Source: the human T2T-CHM13v2.0 reference genome, Homo sapiens
Direction: 5' to 3' (one strand)
Assembly: GCF_009914755.1 (NCBI RefSeq)
Contig: NC_060926.1
DNA: 64,000 bases
Shown: piece after piece, positions 1 to 12,530 of the stretch
How positions within the stretch are numbered: position 1 is the stretch's first letter
Layout: each line of letters begins with the position of its first letter
The notes under the pieces: model-generated
The model's database searches: none
Seen by the model: only the letters and a program-made list of their open reading frames with translations
What the model was told of the DNA's origin: nothing
Made by a program: the position numbers and the translations under genes

Positions 1-307
1 TGGCAAAATGAAAGGCTTGTGAACTTTATATATTCTTATAGATTTCAAGCAAGCATGTTTATTTGTTTATGAGAACAAATGATCAGTACCCAAAGTACAA
101 TTCAAAACTTAACTGAATGAGCAATTGGCTTTGACAATTTAAGCATAAATCACATTTGTCCTAAATATATATTTTGGTTCTTGTTTATTTCATTTTTATA
201 GATTAGAAATGAAATTTATATGCATACTCATAAGATGAAAAGGAAACAATAAATGATGTCTCCTAAGATAGAGGCAGATAAATTCAACTTGAGATACATT
301 AGGAAAT

Positions 308-321
308 TGTGTGTGTGTGTG

Positions 322-356
<35 letters not shown>
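308..356. repeat. (GT)n microsatellite
   Basis: TG run with a single gca interruption. Confidence 0.97.
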
Positions 357-357
<1 letters not shown>

Positions 358-2601
358 GAGATGGCTGTATGACTGAAGTATAGAGTGAAATCAGATATCA
401 AAAGCTGAAGAGAAATAATATTTTTACCTACCCGAGGATGCCTTTGGAGAAGCATTGTGGAGAATCCCTCCTAATGCCTTTTTTTAGTTCATTAATCCCT
501 GCCTTTTAGTCTTTCTTAGAATGGAAAATAAATGCAGGCTGAACCTCAAAATAAGAGATGGAATTTATTTTAATTTCTACTTCATGACAATGTCATCTTA
601 GATTTCATTTGAAGGTATTGCAAATGTAACTTGATATTCCATGAAGCATGATTTTGTCAAGAAGAACATCATTTCTTAAGAGTTTAATGAAGCTATTTTA
701 AGACATTAGGAGAGGAAAGAAAATCTCTAGTTGAAGGCAAGCATTAGATTATGCTATAAAAAATGGAGTTCAGGTTACTTACTTTAAGAATTCTGTTTTT
801 TTTTTAAATTTAAGCCTTATTGAAATACTGCAATTTTAAATAGACACTTGCGGTGTATGCATTTTTTTGTGGTTTTCCTGACTGATTACTACATTGTAAA
901 TGATTCAGTCTTCAGTAAACACAGGAAGCTCCTCACAATTGTACATTCATTCTCCTCCTTCAGCAGAAGGCTGTTTGACTGAACCCCTAACTCCTTCTGA
1001 AGGTGAAAAAAGAGAAATGACTATAGCAATGGGATTGGGAGGGTACCTAAGGAAGGTGAACTTGTGGGAAATTTGGGAGGGTGTAAACCAGAGAGCCTGA
1101 ATCTAAAGCATATCTTTCCTTTCTCCTGCCATCCCTCACCTTCCTCCTGCATGTTTCCATCAATAAAATTCATTTGAGTTAATTAATTTCTCATTCAAGA
1201 TGCAAATATATCCCAGTGAGAACAAAACTCTCAGTTTTTCATGCAGCTTTTTACATGAGATACTCTCATCAAATTGGTGGCATTCAGAAAACATGGCTTT
1301 TTATTATGATGGGAACTGAGGGGATTTATTTTTAAACAAACTCTATTTATAATTTTGTATACTACCTGAGAACATTGGGCCAGTTTATCAGATAGTCATC
1401 CATGATATGAAGGGAACATTTTGGAATGGAAAACTGGCCTGGGAGAATGGTCTAGCTTATATAGGGCAAGAAGTTACGAAGTGAGGGGGTTAAGGAAAAA
1501 GAGGTGGAAAAAGGAGGATGGTTAAGAGATCGGAGCTGTCTCATGCTACTCTTCCCACAGTTGCCTCTGGGACTTTGCCTCCCCTATTCACTGGGCTTGA
1601 AAATCACTGTGCTGCTTTTGGTGACTGCCTTGCACCTGCTACCTGAGTCTCCACCCAGCTGACATCCTTCTGGCTTCCTTCGTGTTTTAATGTCGACAAT
1701 GATTCTTCTGGCTCCTCCAGACTGGGTTACGTGCCCCCTTTCTGCTCACAGATTGCCCCATTTATTACCAGTATAAATTTTGTCACACTTCGATTTTCTC
1801 TTATTCTTTCTATCTTTTCCCACTCAACTAGATGGCAGGGATGTGTCACCACTGTAACCAGAGTTTGTGAAACAGCATCCTTTTCAGATTAGGCATTCCA
1901 TATACATCTGGAGAACAAAAAAAATTATTTGCAGTTTTGCCTTGGAAATGACACTAAACTTTTACTGAATGTCTACAATGAAGAAGATATTATGCCTACT
2001 TTACAAATTAGGAATCCAAGACAAGGAAGAATCAAACAATACAGTCAAGAACATTGTCAGTATTAAATGATAGGGGTGGAAATTTGAATACAAATGATAT
2101 TTTCTTATCTTCCCACTTGGAAGCTAATGGAATAAGAGAGTCTCAACCTTTTACAATTCAGTTCAGGATGGTCTTATCTAAGATGTTCTATCCAGCACAG
2201 TGTCTCCCCATCATTTCCAGACTTTCCTCATCAGTAAAAAAACGAGAGAGCAAGTGCAGAGTATATAAAAGGAGGAGAAGAATTAACTTTTATGTATCTT
2301 ATTTGGCTTGCCTGGAACTTAGTATAAACTCAATAAATGTCACATGAATGAATACATGAGGTTGTTACTCCCTCTCATCAAGGAAGTATTATCAGACATC
2401 ATAACCTTCTCTTATGAATGCTGAGAATGTACTGCATGCATTAAATAAAATGTGCAGTTTATTTAGCCCAATTACCAATTGATGAGTTAGCAGTGTTAGG
2501 TATTTTGAGAGATATTTTAAAAAGATGTTATGATCCTACCTCTGAAGGCATAGTTAAGAAAATGAAATAAACTCATTATACAGACACATATATACACAGG
2601 T

Positions 2602-2700
2602 TATCTATCTATCTATCATCTATCTATCTATCTATCTATCTATCATCAATCTATCTATTATCATCTTCTCTTCTTTTTCATCATCATCATTATCATCATC
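2602..2700. repeat. (TATC)n followed by (CAT)n simple repeats
   Basis: tatctatctatc... arrays then catcatcat. Confidence 0.9.
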
Positions 2701-4621
2701 TAGCTATCTAGCAAGAAACACAAAGCAGTATGGAAATAAATTGTTTAGTTGTGTAAAAATAGACTAAGTGCTCTTTGAGTTTAAGGATGGGATAGATCAG
2801 TGCAAGCTGGGGAGCCTATTAAACTTACCTGGAGATGATTTGGATCTCAGAAATGAGAAGGCTTTGATATATAGAGAAGAGGATGGCAATAGGTCTAGTC
2901 TAGGAATTGCTGCAAGCAAATTTCCAAGGCTTGTTATGAGTAGGACAAGGGGAGTTTAAAGAAGACTGACCAGAGCAGATGTGATGTGCTGATGAGGAGT
3001 AAGAATACAGTGATAGGGAAGAGGGAAAGTAGTGAAAGAGCACTTTGGGGTGAGGAGCAAATGCCAAAATGTCTTCTGTGGTGTGTGTGTGTGTATGCTT
3101 GTTTTCCAGGAAGATAAACAGCTGATTCCAAAGGATATATTAAAGCGAGTTCATGTGGGTGATAGTGCAATAAAAGAATTAACCTGTTACAATATAAAAG
3201 TTTTCTCTCTAAGACTTGGGAATAGCTGTTGCAAACAATGCTAGCACTTTAAAAAAGTTATATTAAGTTTACTGGTTGAACCAGAATCAAGGTATGTGTC
3301 AGGTCACTCAGGTTAAGCATTAAGCCAAAGCAAGAGAAGAGAATGATATTATTCATGTCTGCTGCTTCCTACAGCAATAGAACCTTGGGAAATTGAAAAT
3401 GTTGCAGAAGTAGGTTCTTCAAATCTTCATAGATTAATCAAAATCTTTCCATATTTTTCTGGATAGCTATACCAAAAAAAAGTTTCATATAAAACTGAAA
3501 GTGTATACTTAATATTTTCTGGAACATAAACTGAATGTCATCTGTCAACGGAATATAATTATATGGCAGCTATTAGCAACCTACTTTTTACCTGCTGTAA
3601 CTGAAAATTCTTGGAACTATTATGCACCAGTAATTATATTCTGGATTTATTCTCAAGAAGGAGAATGGGAATGAAGAAGGACCCCTATTAATAAGGAATT
3701 AACTCCTCATAAGCTAAAGAAATAAAAGTGGAATGCAGGATAAATTGCAAAGTATATTCCTGATTTTAACGTATCCTAAAACTTCACTTTTGAATTTCAT
3801 AAATGTCCAAATAGCTAATTTAATATTCCATATGGTTGGGAAACAGAGGTGCATATATTAAAATAATGCATAGAAAATATTTTTAAAATCTTACCTTAGA
3901 CCAATTATTTCAATATTTGTCATTATAATCCCTTTAGGATCATGTAGAATGAAGTGGGTTAATAATGGGCTATACCAACAAAATCAAGTTTCAGACTATT
4001 TCCTCCATCCACGGGACATGTATTTCCATATTTTGCTACATGGTCTTTTGAAACAGATTTCAATTTCACATAGAATGGAAGAGGGATTCTGCAGTGTGGA
4101 ACTACCATTATTGGCAACATTTAGAAATCCTAATTTTCAGTGATAAAAATAATTTCCTAAGGAATGGGAGTTCACTGTATTCTTTGTTTTTTTTTTTAAT
4201 ATTCTTGAATATTGTGTTTCTTCTTGACAATTAGTATCAATTCTACATTTGAACCTGTTGGCACAAAAGTAGCATCAGATTCTTTTTTGCTGGGTATATT
4301 TTCAGAACAAATGAGTAATAACCCTCTAAATTTTCATTACTGTGTTAAAAAATTATTTGCTTTCCTATGGAGTTAATTTTCTTGAGTCAGGTAGTAAAAT
4401 TTTCATCTTCCCAAAATATCTTGTTCAACTACTTGGTTTTAACTAGTTATGAAAACTCACTTCTGCTAGCAACCCTGTATTTCTTAAAGCATTTATCTTG
4501 TAGAGAAGAGGATTGAGACTAGGAGGAGTCAGGCTACAAAGCTGTTGAAATTTTGTCAGTCATCCACCTTAGGTGAAAAACAGAGCATACAGGGATTAAA
4601 ATGGCCTTGCTTTCAAATGGA

Positions 4622-4760
4622 AGTGCCAAGTGGAAAGAGCACTGGAGTCAGAGTCCAGAAATTAGGGTTCCAGTCTTGGGTGTGCAGTTTACTATTTGTA
4701 GGACTCTGGAAAGTTCCCTTAACTCAAAATCACTATAAAAATAAGAACTTGGATGACTAG
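4622..4760 (+). mobile_element. MIR SINE fragment
   Basis: agtggaaagagcactggagtcagagtccaga...gggttccagtcttgg resembles the MIR 5'/core. Confidence 0.65.
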
Positions 4761-4868
4761 AATTAGTGAAAATATCTAAGCAGTTTTGATATTGGGAAGC
4801 TCAGAATAAATAGCAGAACTAGACCAAATTTATTGAGGGTGCCTGACCTAAACAAGTTGAGTCTTTCA

Positions 4869-4900
<32 letters not shown>

Positions 4901-4915
4901 AGACACACACACACA
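4869..4915. repeat. (AC)n(AG)n(AC)n compound microsatellite
   Basis: Seen directly. Confidence 0.95.
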
Positions 4916-5251
4916 GTCTTAAGAGAAAGCCAATATATAAAGCCACATAAAATGAAGCGAGTTCGTTGAATCTGGGGAAGTGTACAGGTCTCAATGCTGT
5001 GTCTCCTTGGTCCCCATTCTCCTTTTCAGCATCCTGTATGCTAAGGAGCACAAGTTTCAAAACTATTCAAACAATTGCTTTAAGACAGTTTCATATGCTC
5101 TTAAGGAAGTTTTCCTCCAAAATTGCTACAATAATAATGTGGTGAAGAAACCAGAGAGACCGCAATAAGTCAGGATGCATCCTAACTTATTCATACAATG
5201 TGCAACAATTCATTTTTGGCAGTTAAACATGTACAGAAGATCATTACACTG

Positions 5252-5672
5252 TACTACAGTTTGGATATTTGTCCCCCTAAAATTCATTTTGAAATTTGAT
5301 CCCCAGTGTTGAAGGTGGGGCCTAATGGGAGGTGTTTGGGTCATGGGGGCAGATCCCTCATGAATGGCCTGGTGCCAACCTCATGGTAATGAGTGAATTC
5401 TTGCTCTATTCATTCCCATGAGAGCTGATTGTTAAAAAGATCCTGGCACCTCCCTTTGTCTCTGTTGCTTCCTCTCTCACCATGTGATCTCTGTGCATGT
5501 TGGCTCCTCTTCGCCTTCCATCACGAGTGGAAGCAGCCTGAGGCCCTCACCAGATGCAGATGCCCAATCTTGAACTTTCCAGCCATCCAGAATCATGAGC
5601 GAATAAATTTTTTTAAAATAATTTACCCAGCCTCAGGTATTCCTTTAGAGCCACACGAAACAGATTAAGACA
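5252..5672 (+). mobile_element. MaLR solo LTR (MSTA/MSTB-like)
   Basis: tttggatatttgtcccc...ggtggggcctaatgggaggtgtttgggtcatgggggcagatccctcatgaat; AATAAA near 5602; ends cagattaagaca. Confidence 0.9.
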
Positions 5673-8600
5673 CATGAAAAGAAAACAGGAACTAAGGAAT
5701 CTGTGTCTCTGTTGTTTTCTCTGATTTTAAGCAAACACACAAATAAGCAAACAAAAAAGTTTAAAGATTCAGAATGGAACAAAATTACCTCAAAGGTGAG
5801 ACCTTCAACTTTTCTTCATGTTAATTTTTTCGCTTCTCTACCTTAGTGATCTATAACAGTTTGCTTTCAAAATGCAAACAAATTTGGGGGAATCTACATG
5901 AGAAACATATTCAAAATCTTAAAATTACTAATCAGAAGTCCAAGCTGAGGGGTTATTTTAATTCATTATTGATATCTAAATATAAAAATGTGATAATAAT
6001 CTTTCTCTTTTTAATACTCATTAGGTTTATGCCTTAGTTTTTAATTGCTTTCAAGTAATAAGTTATGTAAAGTGGAAAGAAGTAATACTTGTTATTTAGA
6101 AAATACTTTTGCTTCAGGTAACTTTATACTGAACTCTCATACTTGCAGTGTCCAGTTGCTAAAATTAAAGGAAACTCTACACGTCAGAAACTCTTCATTC
6201 ATTTCTATAGAAGGAAATATAGGAAGGGAAGAGAAGTCTTTCTTTATTGAAAACACAAAGTGAGTTGGTAGATTCTGAACGTAGTAAGAAAAAGAGAGGG
6301 AGAGAGAATGTATGAGAACTAATACAGCAATCAATTTTAGCAGTAATTCAGGTGCCTGCAGGTAGGAAAATTTAAGGGCCTGAAATCATTATTTTCCAAT
6401 AAAAACCCATGAATAATGGATATACCTGTGGGCATAATTTACAAATGACAGCTTATCACCCCGAAACAGGATGGTACAGCTCAACTGACAGCTGCCAGTC
6501 AACCAGGAAAGAGCAGTATAGAGCAATATTTTTCTCTATTACATCCTTTTTTTCCCTTTTGACTCAACTCACTCAATCTCACTGAACTTTATTTCCTTGA
6601 TCTGAAAATTAAGACTGTGTTGCTGATAATGGCACAGAAATTTGTCAGCTTGACTCTTCAGTTCAAATGTAAAAAGGGTCAATAGGAAGCAGGAAGTAGA
6701 TCTGGTTGCAGACCATTATGCGATATTTTTCCTGCCACATCAGAAAAGAACTGGATGAGCAAGAGAAAAGAGAGGAGCCAAGAAAGTGTGAAAAAGACCA
6801 CGGTTATATTCTGGTTCTCCTCACACCATAGGCCACTTCACCTCTACCTGGGCCATTAAAGTGACATCCTTGCTACCAACAACCTCAGCTCATTAGGATG
6901 AGGGGGCAGAAAAGGAAGGCTCTCCATTTTCAATTCTTTGGACTATAAATGTGGTAGGGGATCAGCTTTAACTACAGTCCCTCCCAGCAGGGAGATTTGG
7001 GTTCTTTAATTCTTTTCTCCATTACTCTGCAGCCCACATTTTTCCCTTTCTAGCTAAATGATTTTTAAAAGATAGGCTTCAAAACACAGGTGGACTTGGA
7101 ACAGGTATATTTAAAGTAGAAAAAGAAATATATGTGGCATTTCTTTAGTTCCTTTAAGCTAAGTTCTATATTTGGGACATGGTTGAAAAAGAAACCTATG
7201 TGAGCTTCATTAAAACAAGGAGAAAAAATAGGAAAAAATATTCCTATTACGCACTTATTCCTAATCCAGTCACTATTACCCCATGTCTATCTCAAGCTTT
7301 TCTTTTAAAGAGTTTTAAAATTTCTAACATATTCATGTTTGAGTTGCACATATAGCCCACAGTTATCTATGAAAATGTATATCCTAAAAAATCACCCCCA
7401 TATTAATTCCTCAGAATATCAATGGATGTCTAGTATCAACAAACAAACATAATTAAAAATGGGTTCTGTCATGAAAAAAGTTTGAGATATATTGGTAAAT
7501 CAATGTTTTATAGACTTATTTAATTCAGGAATTTTTAGAACCTTAAACATGCTAATTTTTCACATTAATTTCTGGAAGGGTTACTGTTTGAACTAAGAAA
7601 ATATTTCTTCTGGGACATCCTTGGGAGACAAGTATTCTGCAAGGAAGATAGTTTAGAGGACTCTGGCCTAGGTAAGTTCTCTTAAAGGGAGATTCTTTCT
7701 TAGAGAACTTTTACAATCATTCAATATGACAGTAGCTGCCCTCTGGTCTCAGTAGCTACCCAATGAAAGTAAGCTTGTTTCTCCAGTATGATCGTGTTAA
7801 TACGAATTCATATGCCTTCACTTTTAACATAAATCTTATGATTAAAATATCACAAAAACATACATCTGAACTAGTTAATCATTAAGAAATCTACAGAAAG
7901 AGACATAACTTGCAATAGCAATTAAAGAAATATAAAACACAAGTCTTTGCTGGATTATCTTTTGAGCTTCTTCAACTACAGAATGAAAAGGTTGTGCTAT
8001 ATTTATATTTTCCAAGTTTGCCTGATCTTAATAATGTGGCAGAAGAGGTCACAAATGGAATGGAGTTTTTAAAAACTTCAAGATTCTCAGGCTCCACTGA
8101 TATATTTAATTTTGGTGGGGGGTGAGTGGGGAGGAGGGAGAGGGAGAGTGTGTTCCAGATGATTCCATTGATCAGGAAATTTTGAGAAACCCTGAGGAAG
8201 ATGATATCTAAGGCTCCTTTGAATTTTAAAATCCTGTGAAGATGAAATGCTTTTTAATGAACTCTTTAGAAACAATTGAGTTCTAGAGGGTTTATTATCT
8301 AACTGCATATTTTTCCATTATAAATGAGATCTGCAAAATACAGAGAAATAGAGCTAGAGGGGGAAAATGTATTACCCACAATCTCACACCCAGATAATCA
8401 ATGAGACCTTTTATGTTATTTTACCTTTCTATATGGGATTTCTTTCTAAATAAGTTCCCAAGTTGGAATTCACTTCCTAACTCAGGGAATAGCTGTAGTC
8501 AATGAAGCTTACAAGGCCTTAGGCTGCTTGGATGTGTGAAAATGCCACGTCTGCTACGGAATTTTTCTGTGATAAATGTCCTCTGCCTAATTCTTGCTCT

Positions 8601-9016
8601 CTGATACATGGAATATGTACTGCTTTAGCTCACTCTCATTAGGCAACCCACCTTGAACTATGTGTTTGTCCCAACCCTCAGGCCAGGAGGGCAAAGGAGC
8701 AGAGAAACTCTCTCCCTGTGCTTCTTTTCTGTTCCTGGGTCTGACTTTTATCTCAAGATTGACAACAACTGGTGAAGAAAGACCTGAGCCATCTTGACAA
8801 CAGATATCAACAATCTTTCCAAGGTCTTAGTTGCCAAAGCAACCAGGCTATTACCAGGTACTCAAGCCAAGTTAAATTTTACCTAATTTTACCTCTTCTG
8901 ACCATTTGTATTTTACTTCTTTACTTCAAGCAGCTACTTTCAACCTGATTTTTTGTCCAACAGAACTTTTAAAGGATATGATATTTTTTTTCTTCCCTTA
9001 GCTTTAAAATGTGTGA

Positions 9017-9496
9017 TGTGAGAAGAGCAAAAATCACTTGGTGATCATTGAACATGCCTCAGATACAAAAACTCCTTATCTGAGGAATTTAGAAGGTAGC
9101 AAAGACCACCATCAATCAGGCCATCCAGAGGCAAAACTCCTTATCTGGGGAAAATTAGAAGTAATTAGACTTTCCCATTATCAAAAGCAGGCATCTTGTT
9201 CCAGATCTCTTTCCCTCCTAAAAGCTTATAAGTAACAAAACTTTCTATACATCTCTGGAATGCCATGCTGAAACTCATTTTACAATCCTACACTCCCACC
9301 ATAAGGTCCATAAATATCCCAAAAGAAAAATCTGCGCTCAGTCCTCTCACTGAGGTGCCCCACTGCACTGTTTTGCAGTGTTCTTCCTTTCTAATAAACT
9401 TTCCCTTTTCAAACTTATACTGTTGCCAGTAATTCTTTTTACCAACCCATGAGTCGACCACTTCCCAGTGCCAGGGCTCCGACACCTTGCCCGGCA
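9017..9496 (+). mobile_element. ERV1 solo LTR (MER84-like, MER4 group)
   Basis: TG...CA ends, duplicated aaaactccttatctg(a/g)ggaa motif, TATA-like cataaata (~9309), AATAAA (~9393). Subfamily from memory. Confidence 0.7.
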
Positions 9497-9919
9497 TAAC
9501 GAACATATAAAACCCAACAGGTGCTTTTTAACAGAATTACACATAAATGCTTCCCCTTCAAGCTACGGTGCTTAGTCAGTTGGCTACCAGGATTTCATAT
9601 AGATATGTTATTCCTTCATCATCTAGAATACACAGAAGTGTGATTTTTCACACTTATTAATTACCTAGCTAATTCGGTATTTTAAACTGAAATAACATTT
9701 TAATTTAGAATATATGTCATTATGTGATTGTATTGATATGCATATAGCATTTAGTAAAAATAGAAAACTAATTTGCTGCTTAATTAAAAATTCCACACTT
9801 CTCCTTTCAAGAAACACACACTCTTATTTTGTATTTATTATATACGTAGCATACAACATGCTTGAAGTAGTCAATAGCTTGTAAAATGTTTTTATTTTTT
9901 CCTCATCATTGACCAGAAT

Positions 9920-10141
9920 CAGGGATGTCCAATATTTTGGCTTCTCTGGGCCACACTGGAAGAAGAATAATTGTTTTGGGCCACACATTAAGTACACTAA
10001 CACTAATGATAGCCGATGAGCTAAAAAAAAAATGCAAAAAAATCTCATAATGTTCTAAGAAAGTTTACAAATTTGTCTGGGTCACATTCAAAGTCATCCT
10101 GACCCACATGCAGCTCACGGGCTGAGGGCTATACAAGCTTG
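9920..10141 (+). mobile_element. MER30 (hAT-Charlie MITE)
   Basis: cagggatgtccaatattttggcttctctgggccacactggaagaaga...acaagcttg matches MER30 ends; same family as 58773-58997. Confidence 0.88.
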
Positions 10142-10714
10142 GACTAGATAATAGAATATATTTATTTGACCAGAGACGACTAGAAAACATAATCTAAGAT
10201 CTCAAAACTCAAAGTCTCTATTTAATCAAAGGCCCTTGAAGACAATGATCTTATTTACATGTTTTTATATCAGCCAGAGTACATAACATTTGACTTATAT
10301 TTAGCAAACAATGACAAATATTGAATCCATAATTACCCTAATGACAATTCTTATAGCTTCCAGATATATTGTCATTTCAATTTGCGTATTTAAATATTAT
10401 TTACAGACTAAACTCAGAATATGGGAAAAACATTGGATAGGAATTTCTGTTTTGCTGAACCAAGCTTGCTGGTATTCTATAAATAACAACAAGATAATGG
10501 AAGCAAAATTAATGTTCTATTAAATTGGAATTGCTCAGAAGCAATTTTGTACTCCTGCATTACATCCCAAATTTAATCTGGAATTTTGTGATTACCATTA
10601 TTTGGCAATTCAAGATGAATTCAATATAGTTTTATTGAGGTTTATATGATATATAAGTTGGTTTAGATCCAAAATGAAGTTTAGGAGAACACGTTAATCA
10701 TACTCTAGAGGTAT

Positions 10715-11156
10715 GGAAAGAAGTTAGCCAGCTTGCTTTAGGCAGACAGTAAGGGGAGGGTCCCTGGAGAACCACCAACCTGCCCCACAAGTTCTTACAC
10801 CAGATGTTTTGTGCAGACAAGGGAATTTGCACAGGAAGATTGCCCAAACATGCCCGCAGTGGCCTAAGGGGCCACATGTGCACTAGGGGGATTAGGTGGA
10901 GCCACCGGGAATTAGTGCCTTATGCAAACAGGGAACCCAGCCCCATCAGCTTAGATATATAGAAGCCCTTGTATTCAACTGAAAAGGAGGGCAACCAGGA
11001 ACCTACTTTCAGGATTTCTCTTTTTGCTGAGAGCTTTCCTTTCACTTAATAAATTCTACTCCACTCACTCTTCAAGCCTCCGCATGCCTACTTCTTCCTG
11101 GTTGTAAGACAAGAAGCCAGACCTAGCTGAGCTAAAGAGCAAGAAATCCTGTGTCA
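10715..11156 (+). repeat. 5' LTR of provirus
   Basis: ggaaagaagttagcc...aaatcctgtgtca; TATA (tatataga ~10957), AATAAA 11048-11053. Confidence 0.92.
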
Positions 11157-11159
11157 TTT

Positions 11160-11177
11160 TGGGAGCTCGCACAGGAT
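11160..11177 (+). promoter_or_regulatory. Degenerate primer-binding site (tRNA-Pro)
   Basis: tgggagctcgcacaggat versus PBS-Pro TGGGGGCTCGTCCGGGAT, 14/18 identical, 3 nt after the LTR end. Confidence 0.75.
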
Positions 11178-12458
11178 GCCTGGAGGGTGAGTAAATGAGA
11201 CCCAAAACCTTTCACTTTCACTTCTGAGACTTCTAGTCCTCAGACTTTTTCTGAAGGCTGATGCAGCACCAAACCTCTTGTGAGCCAATTAAGAATAAAT
11301 GGCGCAGCTACAGAGGACAGGATGCTAGATAGGACCCCAACAACACCCCTGCCCATCACTCTCAGGGCTTGGGAATGTCAGCCTCTTTGCAATCCAGACT
11401 TTTCTATGGCATTTTCTTTCTTTTTCAGGGCTGTCATGGCACCTCTTTTTAAATGATGTTAAGGGTGCTGCTGCAAACTGCAGAGATATTACTATGTAGA
11501 ATGAGCATTTGGCCAAGCCACCAGATATGCAATTCAGGATAATGTGATTTCCATCTGTTCTTAGAGGCATCCCTCAGCTCCACCCAATGGCCACAGGTAT
11601 GCACTCCCTGCTCCAACCTCCCCTCCCAGCTGGGGTACATGGCTGTGTCTGCCACACACATATGCTGCGTTCAGTGACCACGCAGGACAGGAATAAGCTG
11701 TGGCTGCTTCCCGGGTACCAAGGCAATCTCGGGGGCCAAGGCCCTCATGCAGCCTGTTGGCCAGCATTTCCCACTCTCCGACCCATCCTGCCATGAACCT
11801 GTGGAGCCTTTCCTCCTCTGGTTGAGCCAAGAGGGTACAAAGATTAAGAGTTTCTCTCCCTGGTGGAGAAACACATTTGCATAGAGCTAGAGGTTTTTCC
11901 CCCAGGCATTGTCCCCACCCTGCACTTAAACTGTTTATTTTTCTTTTTCCCACAGTGCCAGGAGTTAACACAGCCCTGCGGATATGGGCAGCTTTTCTAT
12001 GCAAGAGGTTTTTTTGTTTCCTTTGAGAGGCATTTTACTAGGCCAGGACCCCAATTCACGGGACTCCCTTTCCTCTCCCTTGTTTGAGGGGGACCCAGCT
12101 CCACAGCTTTACCTTAGCATGACTGATTCCTGACAATTAGGCCCCCTCCCATTTCATAGATAGAGGTCATGCTAGTATCTATGACACAGACAAGGTATAG
12201 GGAACTCAAAAGTTACCAACAGCAGGAAGGAGTCTGCGTGTAGGTAAATGTGGATAATTCCCACCCATTAGGCCTCCCTGTTAACATGGGTGAAAAGTTG
12301 CATTGGCATTCATGGGTGGCACCCTGCCGAGGTTGCCAGGACTCGGGGATATAAGGACAGAAGAAAGAATGGGACACCATTATTTCTCTCCCTCACGTAC
12401 CCCAGGTATTTGCTAGGAAGAGAAAGGACCTAGGGATGCCTTTTTCCCCTCTTTCTAG

Positions 12459-12530
12459 ATGGGTAGCCATTCATCTTCAGTCTGTACTTCTCTCAAATGC
12501 CTCCTGAATCACTGGGATTCCTTTGGGGAA
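12459..12530 (+). pseudogene. gag (matrix N-terminus) remnant
   Basis: MGSHSSSVCTSLKCLLNHWDSF resembles class I ERV gag start MGN...TPLxCILxxWxxF; similarity is lost downstream. Confidence 0.65.

Noticed and set aside
11325-12087. Cluster of overlapping ORFs
   Set aside because: GC-rich proviral leader; no domain similarity.
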